Assembly: GCF_000142905.1 (NCBI RefSeq)
Contig: NW_013657619.1
Location: 131,173 to 195,172, forward strand
Direction: 5' to 3'
Origin: Thecamonas trahens ATCC 50062
Lineage: Eukaryota; Protista; Apusomonadida
Length of the DNA: 64,000 nt
Numbering within the stretch: the stretch's first letter is position 1; each line of letters opens with the position of its first letter. Positions 25,864 through 36,671 of the stretch are shown here, piece after piece. The notes under the pieces are model-generated. The model did not search any database. It saw only the letters and a list, made by a program, of their open reading frames with translations, and was not told the origin of the DNA. The translations under genes were made by a program, and so were the position numbers.

Positions 25864-27138
25864 ATGGAAGTAGCACTTGCTCGAGAGGGCGAAGAGTATA
25901 TGGTACTCAAGGTGCGGCATGAGAAAGAGTGTCGAGCACTTGCCATTAGCAGCAGAGGGATAGGCGTGCAAGAGCTGGTGGCCGTTCTCGAGGAGATGTT
26001 CCCCTCAACGGTCAAGGACGGCAAGTCATCATCACCATCATCATCATCATCATCACCATCACCATCACCATCATCATCATCACCTTCATCATCATTATTG
26101 CCATCGTCGTTGTCAGGCTCATGGCTGGGTGTGGTGGATGGCGATCAAGTGGAAATCGATGAGGAGAGTTGGGAGTGTATCATGGCTCTGGCAGAGCCCT
26201 TGCAAACCATCGTCATCGAGTATCATCGTCCCAATCCGCCCGTTGTCCCGCCGCCTGCTCTCCCGCCAAATGCTGCTGCCGCTGCTGGTGGCCTTACTGG
26301 GCATGCGGCTGGCCCTGCTGCTTCCTTCTTCCGTCATCAGCATCATCATCAACATCATCAGCAGCAGCAGCACGGCACTCGCCACCATCAGCAACATCAA
26401 AGCGTCCGCCACTATCAGCAACATCCGTCGCATGCTGGCTCCGCGCACTTTGGCTCGGTCGCCCACTCGCAGCCGGTCGCAAGCTTTGGTGGAGGCTACG
26501 GGCATGGATCGGTGACTGCAGGAGGTGGCCATGCACAACAAGCTGGCGGCTTCGGCCAGCCAACGCACCCGCATGTCGGGGCAGGGCATGGGCACGCGTC
26601 GGTTGCTGCTTATCCGGCGAGTGGCGCCGCCATGGGCACCTCGCGCGGCCATCCGCATCAAAGCTCGGCCCAGAGCAAGACGACCAAGCGGCTCTCGTAT
26701 CCGTTGCAAGGATCAGTGCCGGCTGTGTCCATGCCGCTCTCGCCGGAGACCTGGCATGCGTCGTCGGGTCCGGTGTGGCCATCGGTTGGTGCGCCCTCGG
26801 TCCCGCCGCAGCCGTCCGGCAGCGACATCTCGTCGGCCACGCCCTCACACCCACTCGCCGGCTACCCGTGGTTCCATCCGTCGATCACCTCGCGCGCCGC
26901 CACCGAAGCCGCCCTCCTCCGCCACCCCGTTGGCACCTTCCTTGTCCGTGAGTCGTCGTCGGAGCCGGGCTCGTACGTCGTCGGCGTTGTAACGGCCCGG
27001 GGTGTTGTCCAGTACAAGCTTTCGTACGACCCAAGATCTGGCCACTTTGTCCAGGAAGGCATCCCCGGCTCCTTCCCATCCATCCCAGATCTCATCAACG
27101 CCTACAAGGAGAGCCTCTGCATCCCGTACTGCCCGTGA
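25864..27138 (+). CDS. SH2-domain protein with N-terminal PB1-like domain and His/Gln/Gly-rich linker
   Basis: C-terminal WFHPSITSRAATEAALLRHPVGTFLVRESSSEPGSYVVGV...FPSIPDLINAY is an SH2 domain. N-terminal VLKVRHEKECRAL...VDGDQVEIDEESW resembles the PB1 basic Lys plus acidic OPCA motif. Confidence 0.85.
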   Translation: MEVALAREGEEYMVLKVRHEKECRALAISSRGIGVQELVAVLEEMFPSTVKDGKSSSPSSSSSSPSPSPSSSSPSSSLLPSSLSGSWLGVVDGDQVEIDEESWECIMALAEPLQTIVIEYHRPNPPVVPPPALPPNAAAAAGGLTGHAAGPAASFFRHQHHHQHHQQQQHGTRHHQQHQSVRHYQQHPSHAGSAHFGSVAHSQPVASFGGGYGHGSVTAGGGHAQQAGGFGQPTHPHVGAGHGHASVAAYPASGAAMGTSRGHPHQSSAQSKTTKRLSYPLQGSVPAVSMPLSPETWHASSGPVWPSVGAPSVPPQPSGSDISSATPSHPLAGYPWFHPSITSRAATEAALLRHPVGTFLVRESSSEPGSYVVGVVTARGVVQYKLSYDPRSGHFVQEGIPGSFPSIPDLINAYKESLCIPYCP

Positions 27139-27403
27139 TGCACTGCCCTCGACCTTTTGTCCGCCGCATTGCAGGGCATCTACACTTCCTGCTGCTCATC
27201 GCACCCGAGGCTCCATCTCTCCCATCTAAAAAGAAAAGTGCCATCCTCAGCAGTTCCCATCACCATCCCCATCGCCGACAATCAGGTCATGACGCGCCAG
27301 CCAAAGTGCCAAAGCGAGGCCATCCCACCACCCCTCCCCCCCCCCTCCCCTACCGCCACCTCTAACACACGGTAGACGTCAGACACTCGAGTCTAATTCA
27401 GCC

Positions 27404-30400
27404 ATGCTGGGGAGAGTGTGGACAACACTACACCAGCCGACGTGCGAGGCTGTAGCTGTTGCTCTGTCCACAAGAGCAGCTTGGACGTGGGCATGTCACT
27501 CGAGCAGCTATCGGCCAAGTAGTCGGCGAGTCGGACTTGGTGCACAAACGGCAGGGCCACTCGCGGCGGCCTTGGTGGCAGCACGGACGGCTGACTCGGG
27601 ATGGGGGTCCTGCGGGAGAGCCACTGGTTTGCGATTTGCGGCATCGCATGCATTTTCGGATTCACTCAATTTGCCGGTCACTGATTTCCCCATGCGGGCC
27701 GATGCGGCGGTGCGCGAGAAGGAGAAGATGGAGACCACAACGACACAGCTGTACCAGTGGAGTCATGATCAGCGGACTGCTGGTGCCCGCCCGCCGTTTG
27801 TCCTTCACGATGGCCCGCCCTTTGCCAACGGCCGCCTTCACATGGGCCACGCCCTCAACAAGATCCTCAAGGACGTCATCAATCGCCATGCCCTCCTCTC
27901 GGGCTCCGCCGTCCACTACGTCCCGGGCTGGGACACTCACGGCTTGCCCATCGAGCTGAAGGCGCTTGATGCTGCCCGCAAGGACTCGGCCAAGGCCATC
28001 AAGAAGATCAAGAAGGAGCTCAAGCGCGCCATCAAGGCGGAGGCTGGCGACGAGGTCGCTCGGCTGGAAGCCCAGCTTGCCGCCGCCCAAAGCGCCGCCG
28101 CCGGCCGCGAGCCAACCAAGATCCGCAAGCTCGCCGCAGAGTTTGCTGCCTCGGCCGCCACCGAGCAAAAGGACGCCCTGCTCCGCTGGGGTGTGATGGG
28201 CGATTATGACAACGCGTACTACACCATGGCGCCGGCCTACGAGGCTGCCCAGCTCGAGCTGTGGTCCTCGCTCTACCATCGCGGCCTGTTCTCGCGGCGG
28301 CTCAAGCCGGTCTACTGGTCGCCGTCGACCCAGACAGCGCTCGCCGAGGCCGAGCTCGAGTACAAGCCGCACACTTCGACTGCCGTCCACGTCGCCTTTC
28401 GCGCCCGCGCGTCCGATCAGCTCCTCGCTGCGCTTGGCGTCGATCTTGCGCCGCGCCCCATCGACGCCGTCGCGTGGACCACCACCCCGTGGACCCTCGT
28501 CGCCAACCAGGGCCTCGCCTTTGGCCCTGCCCTTGATTACGCGCTTGTCGAGAGCGGCGCCGCCGCCGATGCGCCGCTCGTCCTGGTTGCCTCTGCACGT
28601 ATCGGCGCTCTCGTCGACGCTGGCGTCCTGCCTTCGTCCCCGCGGGTGGTGGCGGATGGCCTCTCAGCCGAGGCTATAGCCGGCACCGTCTTTAGCAACC
28701 CGGTGGTGGCTGAGCGCGACTCGGTGGCGCTGATGGGTGACCACGTGACTGATGATGCCGGCACCGGTGTTGTCCACACCGCGCCGGGCCACGGCGCCGA
28801 GGACTACACCGCCATGGCGCGGGCCGGCCTGCTCAACACCGACGATCCGCTCTTCTGTCCCGTCGACGGCGCCGGCAAGTACACAGATGCGCTGGCGAGC
28901 GTCGGCCTTGGTCAGCTGGTGGGCCAGCCGGTCCTCGACGCCGGGACCAAGTCTGTGGTGGAACTGCTGCATGCAGCGGAGAACGCGCCGCTACTGGCAG
29001 CGGCACCGCTAGAGCACTCGTATCCGTACGACTGGCGAACGGCCAAGCCGATCATCTTCCGTGCCACCATGCAGTGGTTCATGGACCTGAGCGCAGTCAA
29101 GGGCGCGGCACTCAATGCGCTCGACGACGTGACAATGGTGCCGCCCGAGGGCGCAGCGCGGCTGGCCGGCATGATTGGGACCCGCGACGAGTGGTGCATC
29201 TCGCGGCAGCGGGTTTGGGGCGTGCCCATCCCGGTCTTCTACCACAGGGAGACCGGCGAGGTGTTGGCCACCCGCGAGAGCCTCAGCCACGTGGTCGAGC
29301 TTGTCGCCCGCCACGGCACCAACGCCTGGTTTGATCGCCCCGTCTCGGAGCTCCTCCCGGCGAGCCTGGCAGACGAGGCGCACAAGTATGTCAAGTCAGT
29401 CGACACCATGGACGTCTGGTTCGACTCGGGCTCGTCGTGGTACGCCGTCCTTGCCAAGAGCCTCGGCTCGCCGGTCCAGGCCGACGTCTACCTCGAGGGA
29501 TCGGACCAGCATCGTGGCTGGTTCCAGTCCTCGCTCATCACCTCGAGCGCCCTGCAGGACCCGCCGCGAGCCCCGTACAAGACCCTCATCACCAACGGCT
29601 TTGTCCTCGACGGCGCCGGCAACAAGATGGCCAAGTCGCTGGGCAACGTCGTGGATCCGGACCAGGTTGTCCACGGCGGCGCTAACGCCAAGAAGGAGCC
29701 GCCCTACGGCGCAGATGTCCTCCGCCTTTGGGTCGCTGCCCAGGAGTACACCCGCGATGTCCGGCTCGGCCCACAGGGCCTCTCCTCCGCCGCCGACACG
29801 TACCGAAAGCTGCGCAACACAGCCAAGTTTGTGCTCGGCAACATTGCCGACGCGCCCGCAGAGCTGCTGATGGCGGCGGGTGCACCGGCGGCGGCATCGC
29901 CGCTCGATCGTCTTGTCCTATCCTCGCTTCACGAGCTCAACACCAAGGTCCAGGCTGCGTACTCGTCGTACGCCTTCCACGCCGGCCTCTTTGCCCTCCT
30001 CAACTACGTCAACACCTTCCTCTCGGCGTTTTACCTCGACTCGGCCAAGGACACGCTCTACGCCGAGGCCGCCGATGATTCGGCCCGACGCGCCGTCCAG
30101 TACGTCCTCTACCGAGCGCTCGACGTGGTGACCCGTGCGGCAGCACCCATCGCCCCGTTCCTCGCCGAGGAGGTGTGGGGCCACATGCCGCTCGACACCC
30201 GGCGTGACGACCACTTTTCGCTCTTCCAGTCGGGCTACGCAGAGACTGGCCCGCTGCGCGATCCGGCGAGCGACGCGCTCCGCGACGCGCTCCTCGACCT
30301 CCGCGGCGAGGCCAACAAGGCGCTCGAGGGCCTGCGGCAGGCCAAGGCCATCGGCGGCTCCCTGGAGGCTCAGGTCGTGGTGGCTGCTGATGTGTTGCCG

Positions 30401-30631
30401 GAGTCCCTCGCGGCATGGCTCGCCACCCTCTCGCCCGGCGATCTCGCCAACGTCTTTGGCGTCTCTTCTGCGCAGCTTGAGTCGTCGGCGGCCACCGGCG
30501 GAGCAACCGTGTTGGCGGCGCCGGCGAGCGGCAGCAAGTGCGATCGGTGCTGGAAGGTAACGCCCGACGTGAGCGGCGGAGGCCTGTGCGGCCGATGCGC
30601 TGCGGTGGTGGGCGGAGAAGCGGCGATGTGA
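27404..30631 (+). CDS. IARS2: Isoleucyl-tRNA synthetase, mitochondrial (bacterial type 1)
   Basis: LHDGPPFANGRLHMGHALNKILKD, WTTTPWT, GTGVVHTAPGHG, WCISRQRVWGVPIP, LEGSDQHRGWFQS, KMAKS and a C-terminal CxxC...CxxC zinc finger; N-terminal targeting extension. Confidence 0.95.
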   Translation: MLGRVWTTLHQPTCEAVAVALSTRAAWTWACHSSSYRPSSRRVGLGAQTAGPLAAALVAARTADSGWGSCGRATGLRFAASHAFSDSLNLPVTDFPMRADAAVREKEKMETTTTQLYQWSHDQRTAGARPPFVLHDGPPFANGRLHMGHALNKILKDVINRHALLSGSAVHYVPGWDTHGLPIELKALDAARKDSAKAIKKIKKELKRAIKAEAGDEVARLEAQLAAAQSAAAGREPTKIRKLAAEFAASAATEQKDALLRWGVMGDYDNAYYTMAPAYEAAQLELWSSLYHRGLFSRRLKPVYWSPSTQTALAEAELEYKPHTSTAVHVAFRARASDQLLAALGVDLAPRPIDAVAWTTTPWTLVANQGLAFGPALDYALVESGAAADAPLVLVASARIGALVDAGVLPSSPRVVADGLSAEAIAGTVFSNPVVAERDSVALMGDHVTDDAGTGVVHTAPGHGAEDYTAMARAGLLNTDDPLFCPVDGAGKYTDALASVGLGQLVGQPVLDAGTKSVVELLHAAENAPLLAAAPLEHSYPYDWRTAKPIIFRATMQWFMDLSAVKGAALNALDDVTMVPPEGAARLAGMIGTRDEWCISRQRVWGVPIPVFYHRETGEVLATRESLSHVVELVARHGTNAWFDRPVSELLPASLADEAHKYVKSVDTMDVWFDSGSSWYAVLAKSLGSPVQADVYLEGSDQHRGWFQSSLITSSALQDPPRAPYKTLITNGFVLDGAGNKMAKSLGNVVDPDQVVHGGANAKKEPPYGADVLRLWVAAQEYTRDVRLGPQGLSSAADTYRKLRNTAKFVLGNIADAPAELLMAAGAPAAASPLDRLVLSSLHELNTKVQAAYSSYAFHAGLFALLNYVNTFLSAFYLDSAKDTLYAEAADDSARRAVQYVLYRALDVVTRAAAPIAPFLAEEVWGHMPLDTRRDDHFSLFQSGYAETGPLRDPASDALRDALLDLRGEANKALEGLRQAKAIGGSLEAQVVVAADVLPESLAAWLATLSPGDLANVFGVSSAQLESSAATGGATVLAAPASGSKCDRCWKVTPDVSGGGLCGRCAAVVGGEAAM

Positions 30632-30667
30632 AAAAGAGAGTAAAGTCAGTTGCGCAAGCCGCGTGGT

Positions 30668-33417
30668 TCATTGCAGTGAGACGCCGTCGGCGAGGCGGGT
30701 GACGAGCAGCTCGATGTTGGTCCGGATGCCGTCGAGCGAGGTGAGCGGGGCGAGCGAGATGGTTCCCTGCTGGGCCTGCGCGAGCGATGAGGCGAGCGAG
30801 GTCGAGACAAAGTGGCGGAGGCCGGCGTCGAGCATCTCCTCCCACTCGATGTTGGACTCGAGGGCGGCGACGCCCTCGGTGGGCGGCGGGACGAGGAGCG
30901 AGACAAGGCGCTGGTGCTGGTCGGCCGGGAGGGAGCACGAGTAGCGGAGGAGGAGGATGAGGAGGCGCATGAGGGCGGCGACTGAGGCGGTGGCCAGCCG
31001 GAGCGCCCGGGCAAGGTTCTCGACCTGGCTCCCAGTCTCAAGAACCTGCTGGTAGGCAGCGTCAAAGAGAGTGTCGAGCGAGTTGAGCGGCTCCGGGTTG
31101 CGGGCAGTGAATCTTGTGAGGAGTCGCTTCTGGATGCCACGGAGCTGCTCCGACTGGGAGGCGAGCGAGGCGCGGAGGTCCTGCAGGGCCTTGCGGGTGG
31201 CAAAGCGGGTGTCGAGGGCCTTGAACAGCGGCGCAAGCGGCATCTTGCCCCTGTAGACCAACTGCGGTGGGGCGGGTCCACCAAGCGCAGTGTGCAGGGC
31301 GTCCGGCAGCGATTCGAGAACCAGGCCCAGCAGCGGAGGTTGTTGGCCACAAGCCGGTACTTGCCCTCCTTGTTGGAGACCAAGATGGTGACAAACGACT
31401 CGTCGGCCGAGAGCGTCGACGCCGACGAGGCCCACAGCTGAAAGGTGAGAACACCGGCGGCTGGAGAGCCGTACTCGGGCATCTCCAGCTCGGCGAGCTC
31501 ATAGAGGAGCGGGTAGAGGCGGCCGACGTCGAGCGGGTCGGCGTCGGGCGTTGCGAGCGTGTACTTGTGCAGCGAGGCCTGGATGGGCGCGACAGCGCGG
31601 CCCAGGAGCGCCAACGGGAGCGCAAACGAGCTGACCGCCGACCGCGGCTCGGCCCGCTTGCCGACCACATACGAGATGGCGACCTGGACCCGCATGGACG
31701 ACGGCAGCAGGCCGTGGTCGGCCTCCACCACCAGCGAGTAGGTGTAGGTCTCGCCCGGCGCGAGGACCGGAAGCGAAAACGCGGTGTGCGAGGCGCGGAA
31801 CGGCGGCGGATACGTGAGCCGCACGTCGATGTCGCGGGCCTTTTTGCGGGCGTTGCGCGGCGTCAGCGTGAGCTCAACAACGGCCGACGACGAGCCCTCA
31901 GCCGACGCCGACGCGGGAAGGAGCTTGAAGGCTGCAGAGACAGCGATGGTGGGGAGCGCGGCCGTCGCCACCGGCTCGCTCCCGGTCGAGACACCGTCGG
32001 TGGCCGGCGCCGACGCCGCCAGTGCCACCGAGGCTTTGGAGACGGTCGCGTTGAGCTTGCGCATCTCCCGCTCCATGGCGGCAAAGTCGGCGTCCTTGGG
32101 CAGCGACGCGCCTGGAATGACCGAGAGCGACGGGTCGGTGCCAAGGTACGAGAGAGTGAGCGCACCGTCGGCGGAGAGGGTGACAATAAGCCCGCGGAGG
32201 CCGCCAAAGGTGCCGACCGCCAGAGCCACCGCAGGCTCGAGCACCTTGGTCGCCCACACCACCGACTCGCCCGAGAGCACAGTAAGCATGCCTGAAGCCG
32301 ACGCAAGGAGCAGGTTGTGCTTCTCCGGACCAACTGGGTACGGATACATGCACAGCGGCTGGAGCGGGAGCCGCCGCTCCGATCGCAACTCGCCGCGCTC
32401 CGAGACACAGAACAGCGAGCTGACGCCGAGGACCAGCACATCTGACTGGGCCGCAGAGAGCGAGGGTGAAAAGCGAGCGAGTGCCAGCTGTACCGCAGGC
32501 TGGCCAAGGTTAAGGGTCCATGACGGGACGAGCCGCTTGCCGCGGGCGGCGTCGAGGTCGTCGCCGTCGTCGCCGCCACTGGCGCCATCACCGCCGCCGC
32601 CGGCGCTGGTGCCGTCGTCGCCGGCAGGCTTGCTCCCGGGCTGCTGCGAGGCTGACTTTGTGGCCAGTGAGGCGTAGGTGTAGGCTTCAAGCGAGAACTC
32701 GGACGTGCCGACAACAAGCGTGTCTGTCAGCGAGATGTACAACAGCGGGCCTGGGAGGAGGAAGCGCGGGAGAAAGGCGGCAAAGGCAAAGGCGTCCTGA
32801 TCAAAGAACGCCAGCTGGCCATCGAGGGTGAGGACCACAATCGAATCCTTACCGCGAGCGCCACCAAACGGACCGTAGGTCATGGCAGCAGCAGGACGAC
32901 CCAGATCATGGGCGTAGACCTCGTCCAGAGAGTAGTAGGCATCGAGGTCTGATGATCCGTGACGAGAGAGAGCGTAGATGACGAGCGACTTTGGATGAAG
33001 AACAGCAAGCACGAGAGCATGTGAGCCTCTCACAAACCTCCCAGCCTCGATAGCCAGCACCGGAGCGTGCAGGGCCTTCTCCAGCAGCAGATGTCCCGAC
33101 GAGTACTCGCGCGACTTTGGCCCATACACCCGTAGCATGCCACTCAGTGATCCGGTGACCACTTTGAGCGGAAAAGTCCCCATGCCACCACTGACCGAGC
33201 CCGTTCCAGCACCACCAGCACCACCTCCTCCTCCTCCTCCTCCTCCGCCAGTGACTCCTCCGCCTCCTCTGCCACCTTCGCCTGTGCTTTGCGGGTAGCC
33301 CTGTCCACCCTGGCCCTCGTTGAGTGCTGCCACGCAGAGGGCGTCAAAGCTGAACTCTTCCCCCTCGTGGGACGCCTGCTCCACACGCCACCACTCACGG
33401 GCTTGGAAGAGCGACAT
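30668..33417 (-). CDS. BBS9: PTHB1/BBS9 (BBSome), apparent 1-nt deletion near 31333-31340
   Basis: MSLFQAREWW, LAVLHPKSL, MTYGPFGG, FLLPGPL.Y, SYLGTDP; the C-terminal QLRGIQKRLLTRF...PEPLNSLDTLFDAAY and IEWEE lie in the adjacent frame (30668..31435). Confidence 0.93.
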
Positions 33418-33469
33418 GGGAGTGGGGGTGGGGGTGGGGGGGTGGGGGGTGAGGTGCTTGGTGGTGGTG

Positions 33470-33980
33470 ATCGTTGGGGGAATGGTGGCATTAATCGTTG
33501 GGGGAATGGTGGTATTAATCGTTGGGGGAATGGTGGCATTAATCGTTGGGGGAATGGTGGCATTAATCGTTGGGGGAATGGTGGCATTAATCGTTGGGGG
33601 AATGGTGGCATTAATCGTTGGGGGAATGGTGGCATTAATCGTTGGGGGAATGGTGGCATTAATCGTTGGGGGAATGGTGGCATTAATCGTTGGGGGAATG
33701 GTGGCATTAATCGTTGGGGGAATGGTGGCATTAATCGTTGGGGGAATGGTGGCATTAATCGTTAGGGGAATGGTGGCATTAATCGTTGGGGGAATGGTGG
33801 CATTAATCGTTGGGGGAATGGTGGCATTAATCGTTGGGGGAATGGTGGCATTAATCGTTGGGGGAATGGTGGCATTAATCGTTGGGGGAATGGTGGCATT
33901 AATCGTTGGGGGAATGGTGGCATTAATCGTTGGGGGAATGGTGGCATTAATCGTTGGGGGAATGGTCGTGCTGATCGTTG
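33470..33980. repeat. Minisatellite of 21 copies of 24-bp ATCGTTGGGGGAATGGTGGCATTA
   Basis: Units start every 24 bp from 33470 to 33973, with only isolated substitutions and no unique spacers. Confidence 0.97.
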
Positions 33981-34448
33981 GCGGAAAACGGTGCATAAAA
34001 CGACAGATGAAGAGATAGTGGATGGACAGATATAATGGGTGAGTGTAAGAGTGGTCGATAGTATCATTTAGAGCCAGCCATCCTCAAATCACAGACCCAT
34101 CAGCTGATGGAGATCGGCAAAGCCGCTGGCGACTAATGCCATGATCCACTCGATCTCTTTTCTGCGCCCCGGACCCAAGATAAAATCGCCCCCCCACACG
34201 CAGCCGACACCTCGTTTCCGTCATCTCGTCCCCGCATCGCTTCTCATACTCGTCAAACATCCCATCTTTGTGGCTGATGTTCTCATCGCCCCACTTCTTC
34301 TCCCTACAGCGTCCCGAGACCAGCAGTCTGCGAGAAGGCAGGATCGCCTCTCATCTCACGCGACAGCTGCCAGTTGAGTAGGGAGGCCGAGAGGGGGCAA
34401 CTCTCTCTGGCTAGACAAGCGATTAACGACGAGTGAGAGGACGAGGTG

Positions 34449-35639
34449 ATGAGTGGTGGCTTGCGGAAGCTGCTTGGTAGGCGGTTCACGTCGTCGCTGC
34501 GTATCGGACTCGTTGGCCTGCCAAACGTGGGCAAGTCCGCTCTCTACAATCTGGTGACAGCCGAAGGCGCCGGAGTTGCCTCGGAGAACTATCCCTTCTG
34601 CACCATCGATCCGTCGACGGCAGCGGCAGTTGTGGGCGATGAGGTGCTGGATGGCTTGCAGACGGTGGCGCCTGGGGCAAAGATGGTGCCTGCTCTGCTG
34701 AATGTTACCGATATCGCCGGTCTGGTTGCCGGCGCTGCCGAGGGTGAGGGCCTCGGCAACAAGTTCCTGGCCGAGATTCGCGAGGCCGACGCCATCGCCC
34801 ACATCGTGCGCTGCTTTGACGATGGCAGGACGACGCATGTGGTCTCGGGCCTGGATCGTCCGTCGCCGGCCGACGATGTGGCCACCATCGAGACCGAGCT
34901 CGCGCTGGCCGACGTGGAGACGACCGGGCGGGCGCTGGCGAGGGCCAAGGGCAAGGGCGCGCTGGCGACCGGCGCGCGGGCGGTCGTCGGCGCTGTCCAC
35001 GATCACTTGCAGGGCGGAGGCGGAATGGTAGCTAGCATGGGCGAGGGCCTCCGCAATCTGCTAGATGAGCACCCCGAGGGCGCGCAGGCGCTGCGGGCGC
35101 TGCAGCTGCTCACCGCGAAACCGGTTGTCTACGTCGCCAACGTCGGCGATGACTGGCTCACCGACGGCTCAGGCTCGGGCGCCATGCTTGCTGAACTGAC
35201 GGCGGCAGTCGGTGGCGATAGCGCGGTGGTGCCAGTCCCGGTTGCTCTCGAGGCCGAGCTCGCCGATCTCGACGCGGCTGACGCGGACGAATACCTCGTC
35301 GAGCTCGGGCTGCCGGCGAGCGCGGCAAGTGCCGGCTCGCAGAAGCTCATCCACACCGCGTACAGTGACTGTCTCGATCTTGGCTCGTTTTACACCTGTG
35401 GCGAGACCGAGGTCCGTGCGTGGACGATCCAGAAGGGCATGACGGCGCGCGAGGCGGCCAAGGTCATCCACGCCGACTTTTACGATGCTTTTGTCAAGAT
35501 GGAAGCCGTCTCGGCGACAGCGCTGATTGAGTCCGGCGGGTGGAGCGCGGCACGCGGGCGCGGGCTGGTGCGGATCGAGGGCAAGGAGTATGTCATGGGC
35601 GATGACGACGTCGTCGTCTTTCACCACACCCGCAAGTGA
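34449..35639 (+). CDS. ychF: YchF/OLA1-family Obg-like ATPase, bacterial/organellar type
   Basis: GLVGLPNVGKS, ENYPFCTIDP, DIAGLV.GA.EGEGLGNKFL, EVRAWTI, EGKEYVM; short transit-like N-terminus. Confidence 0.92.
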   Translation: MSGGLRKLLGRRFTSSLRIGLVGLPNVGKSALYNLVTAEGAGVASENYPFCTIDPSTAAAVVGDEVLDGLQTVAPGAKMVPALLNVTDIAGLVAGAAEGEGLGNKFLAEIREADAIAHIVRCFDDGRTTHVVSGLDRPSPADDVATIETELALADVETTGRALARAKGKGALATGARAVVGAVHDHLQGGGGMVASMGEGLRNLLDEHPEGAQALRALQLLTAKPVVYVANVGDDWLTDGSGSGAMLAELTAAVGGDSAVVPVPVALEAELADLDAADADEYLVELGLPASAASAGSQKLIHTAYSDCLDLGSFYTCGETEVRAWTIQKGMTAREAAKVIHADFYDAFVKMEAVSATALIESGGWSAARGRGLVRIEGKEYVMGDDDVVVFHHTRK

Positions 35640-35646
35640 GCCGAGC

Positions 35647-36537
35647 TCAACGCGAAGCGATCTTGGCCTCGGCCGCGGCGAGCAGGCTGTCGAGGCGATC
35701 CTTGACCCCGCCAGCCTCGTAGTACTCGTGATCAAGGATGCGGAACCAGGCTGTGTCGCGCGAGCGGTCCTTGATGATAAAGTGGCAGTCCTGAACGCCT
35801 TCAGCAACAAAGCCGAGGCGACAGGCGGCGCGCTGTGAGCGGCGGTTGCGGGCATCGCACTTCCACTCGAAGCGGCGAAAGTGCCAAACCTCAAAGACAA
35901 GGTCCGCGAGGAGAACCATGAGCTCGGTGTTGACGATGCTCTTCTGCGCCAGTGGCGAGAGCCACAGCGAACCGATCTCGACCTTGAGATGGTCGGGCGC
36001 GCAGTTCATGAGGTTGACAATGCCAAGCGGCTCGCTCGAGGTCTTGTCCACCACGGCCCACGGCGTCCCGTTGGGCGCATCGACCTGTCGCTGCAGGTAT
36101 CTGCCAAGATCGTCGGCACTCTCAAACGGCCCGCCAAACATGTACCGCCATACCACGGCCTCGGCATCGTACTCGGACACCGATCGCAGTTCTCCGGCGA
36201 CCGAGCCGGTGCAGGCAGCGCCCGATGAGCGGAGATGGAGCAGATCAAGATGATGATCCGGCGAGTACGGGACAAGCTCTATGTGCTTGCCCGACAGAAC
36301 AACAGCGTCAGGCTTGACTGCCCTTCGTCGAGCAGCCAGCACCTCGTCTGGGAGGCAGGCAGGCGGAGGCAGGTTGGCCTCTGGCCCGCTCGGCACCGAT
36401 GACGACGACGGCGATGACGACAACAATGACGATGACGATGATGCCAAGAGTGCCCGTGCTCCGAGGAGAGCAGCCACAGCGCCAAGAGTGGCAGCCGAAC
36501 CGAGTGCAAGGCCAGAGACAAACGGCGAGTTGTTCAT
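35647..36537 (-). CDS. GNAT acetyltransferase (RimJ/RimL-like) with N-terminal hydrophobic anchor
   Basis: VEIGSLWLSP, RRFEWKCDARNRRSQRAACRLGFVAEG and RDTAWF motifs. Confidence 0.88.
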   Translation of the reverse strand: MNNSPFVSGLALGSAATLGAVAALLGARALLASSSSSLLSSSPSSSSVPSGPEANLPPPACLPDEVLAARRRAVKPDAVVLSGKHIELVPYSPDHHLDLLHLRSSGAACTGSVAGELRSVSEYDAEAVVWRYMFGGPFESADDLGRYLQRQVDAPNGTPWAVVDKTSSEPLGIVNLMNCAPDHLKVEIGSLWLSPLAQKSIVNTELMVLLADLVFEVWHFRRFEWKCDARNRRSQRAACRLGFVAEGVQDCHFIIKDRSRDTAWFRILDHEYYEAGGVKDRLDSLLAAAEAKIASR

Positions 36538-36671
36538 GATGGAAAAGAGGGTGAGGTGAGGGCATGAGCACAGGTAGGGGGTCCGGGTCGGTCACGAGGT
36601 GATTGGCAGGTTGGGCACGGACCCGGCACAGCTCGCTGGCCAAGCCACGCCCAGCCCAGGGACACACATAG

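Noticed and set aside
33470-33980. CRISPR-like array
   Set aside because: Contiguous 24-bp units with no unique spacers and no cas genes; eukaryotic context.
33320-34018. Hydrophobic (IVGGMVAL)n and (RWGNGGIN)n ORFs
   Set aside because: Translations of the minisatellite, not credible proteins.
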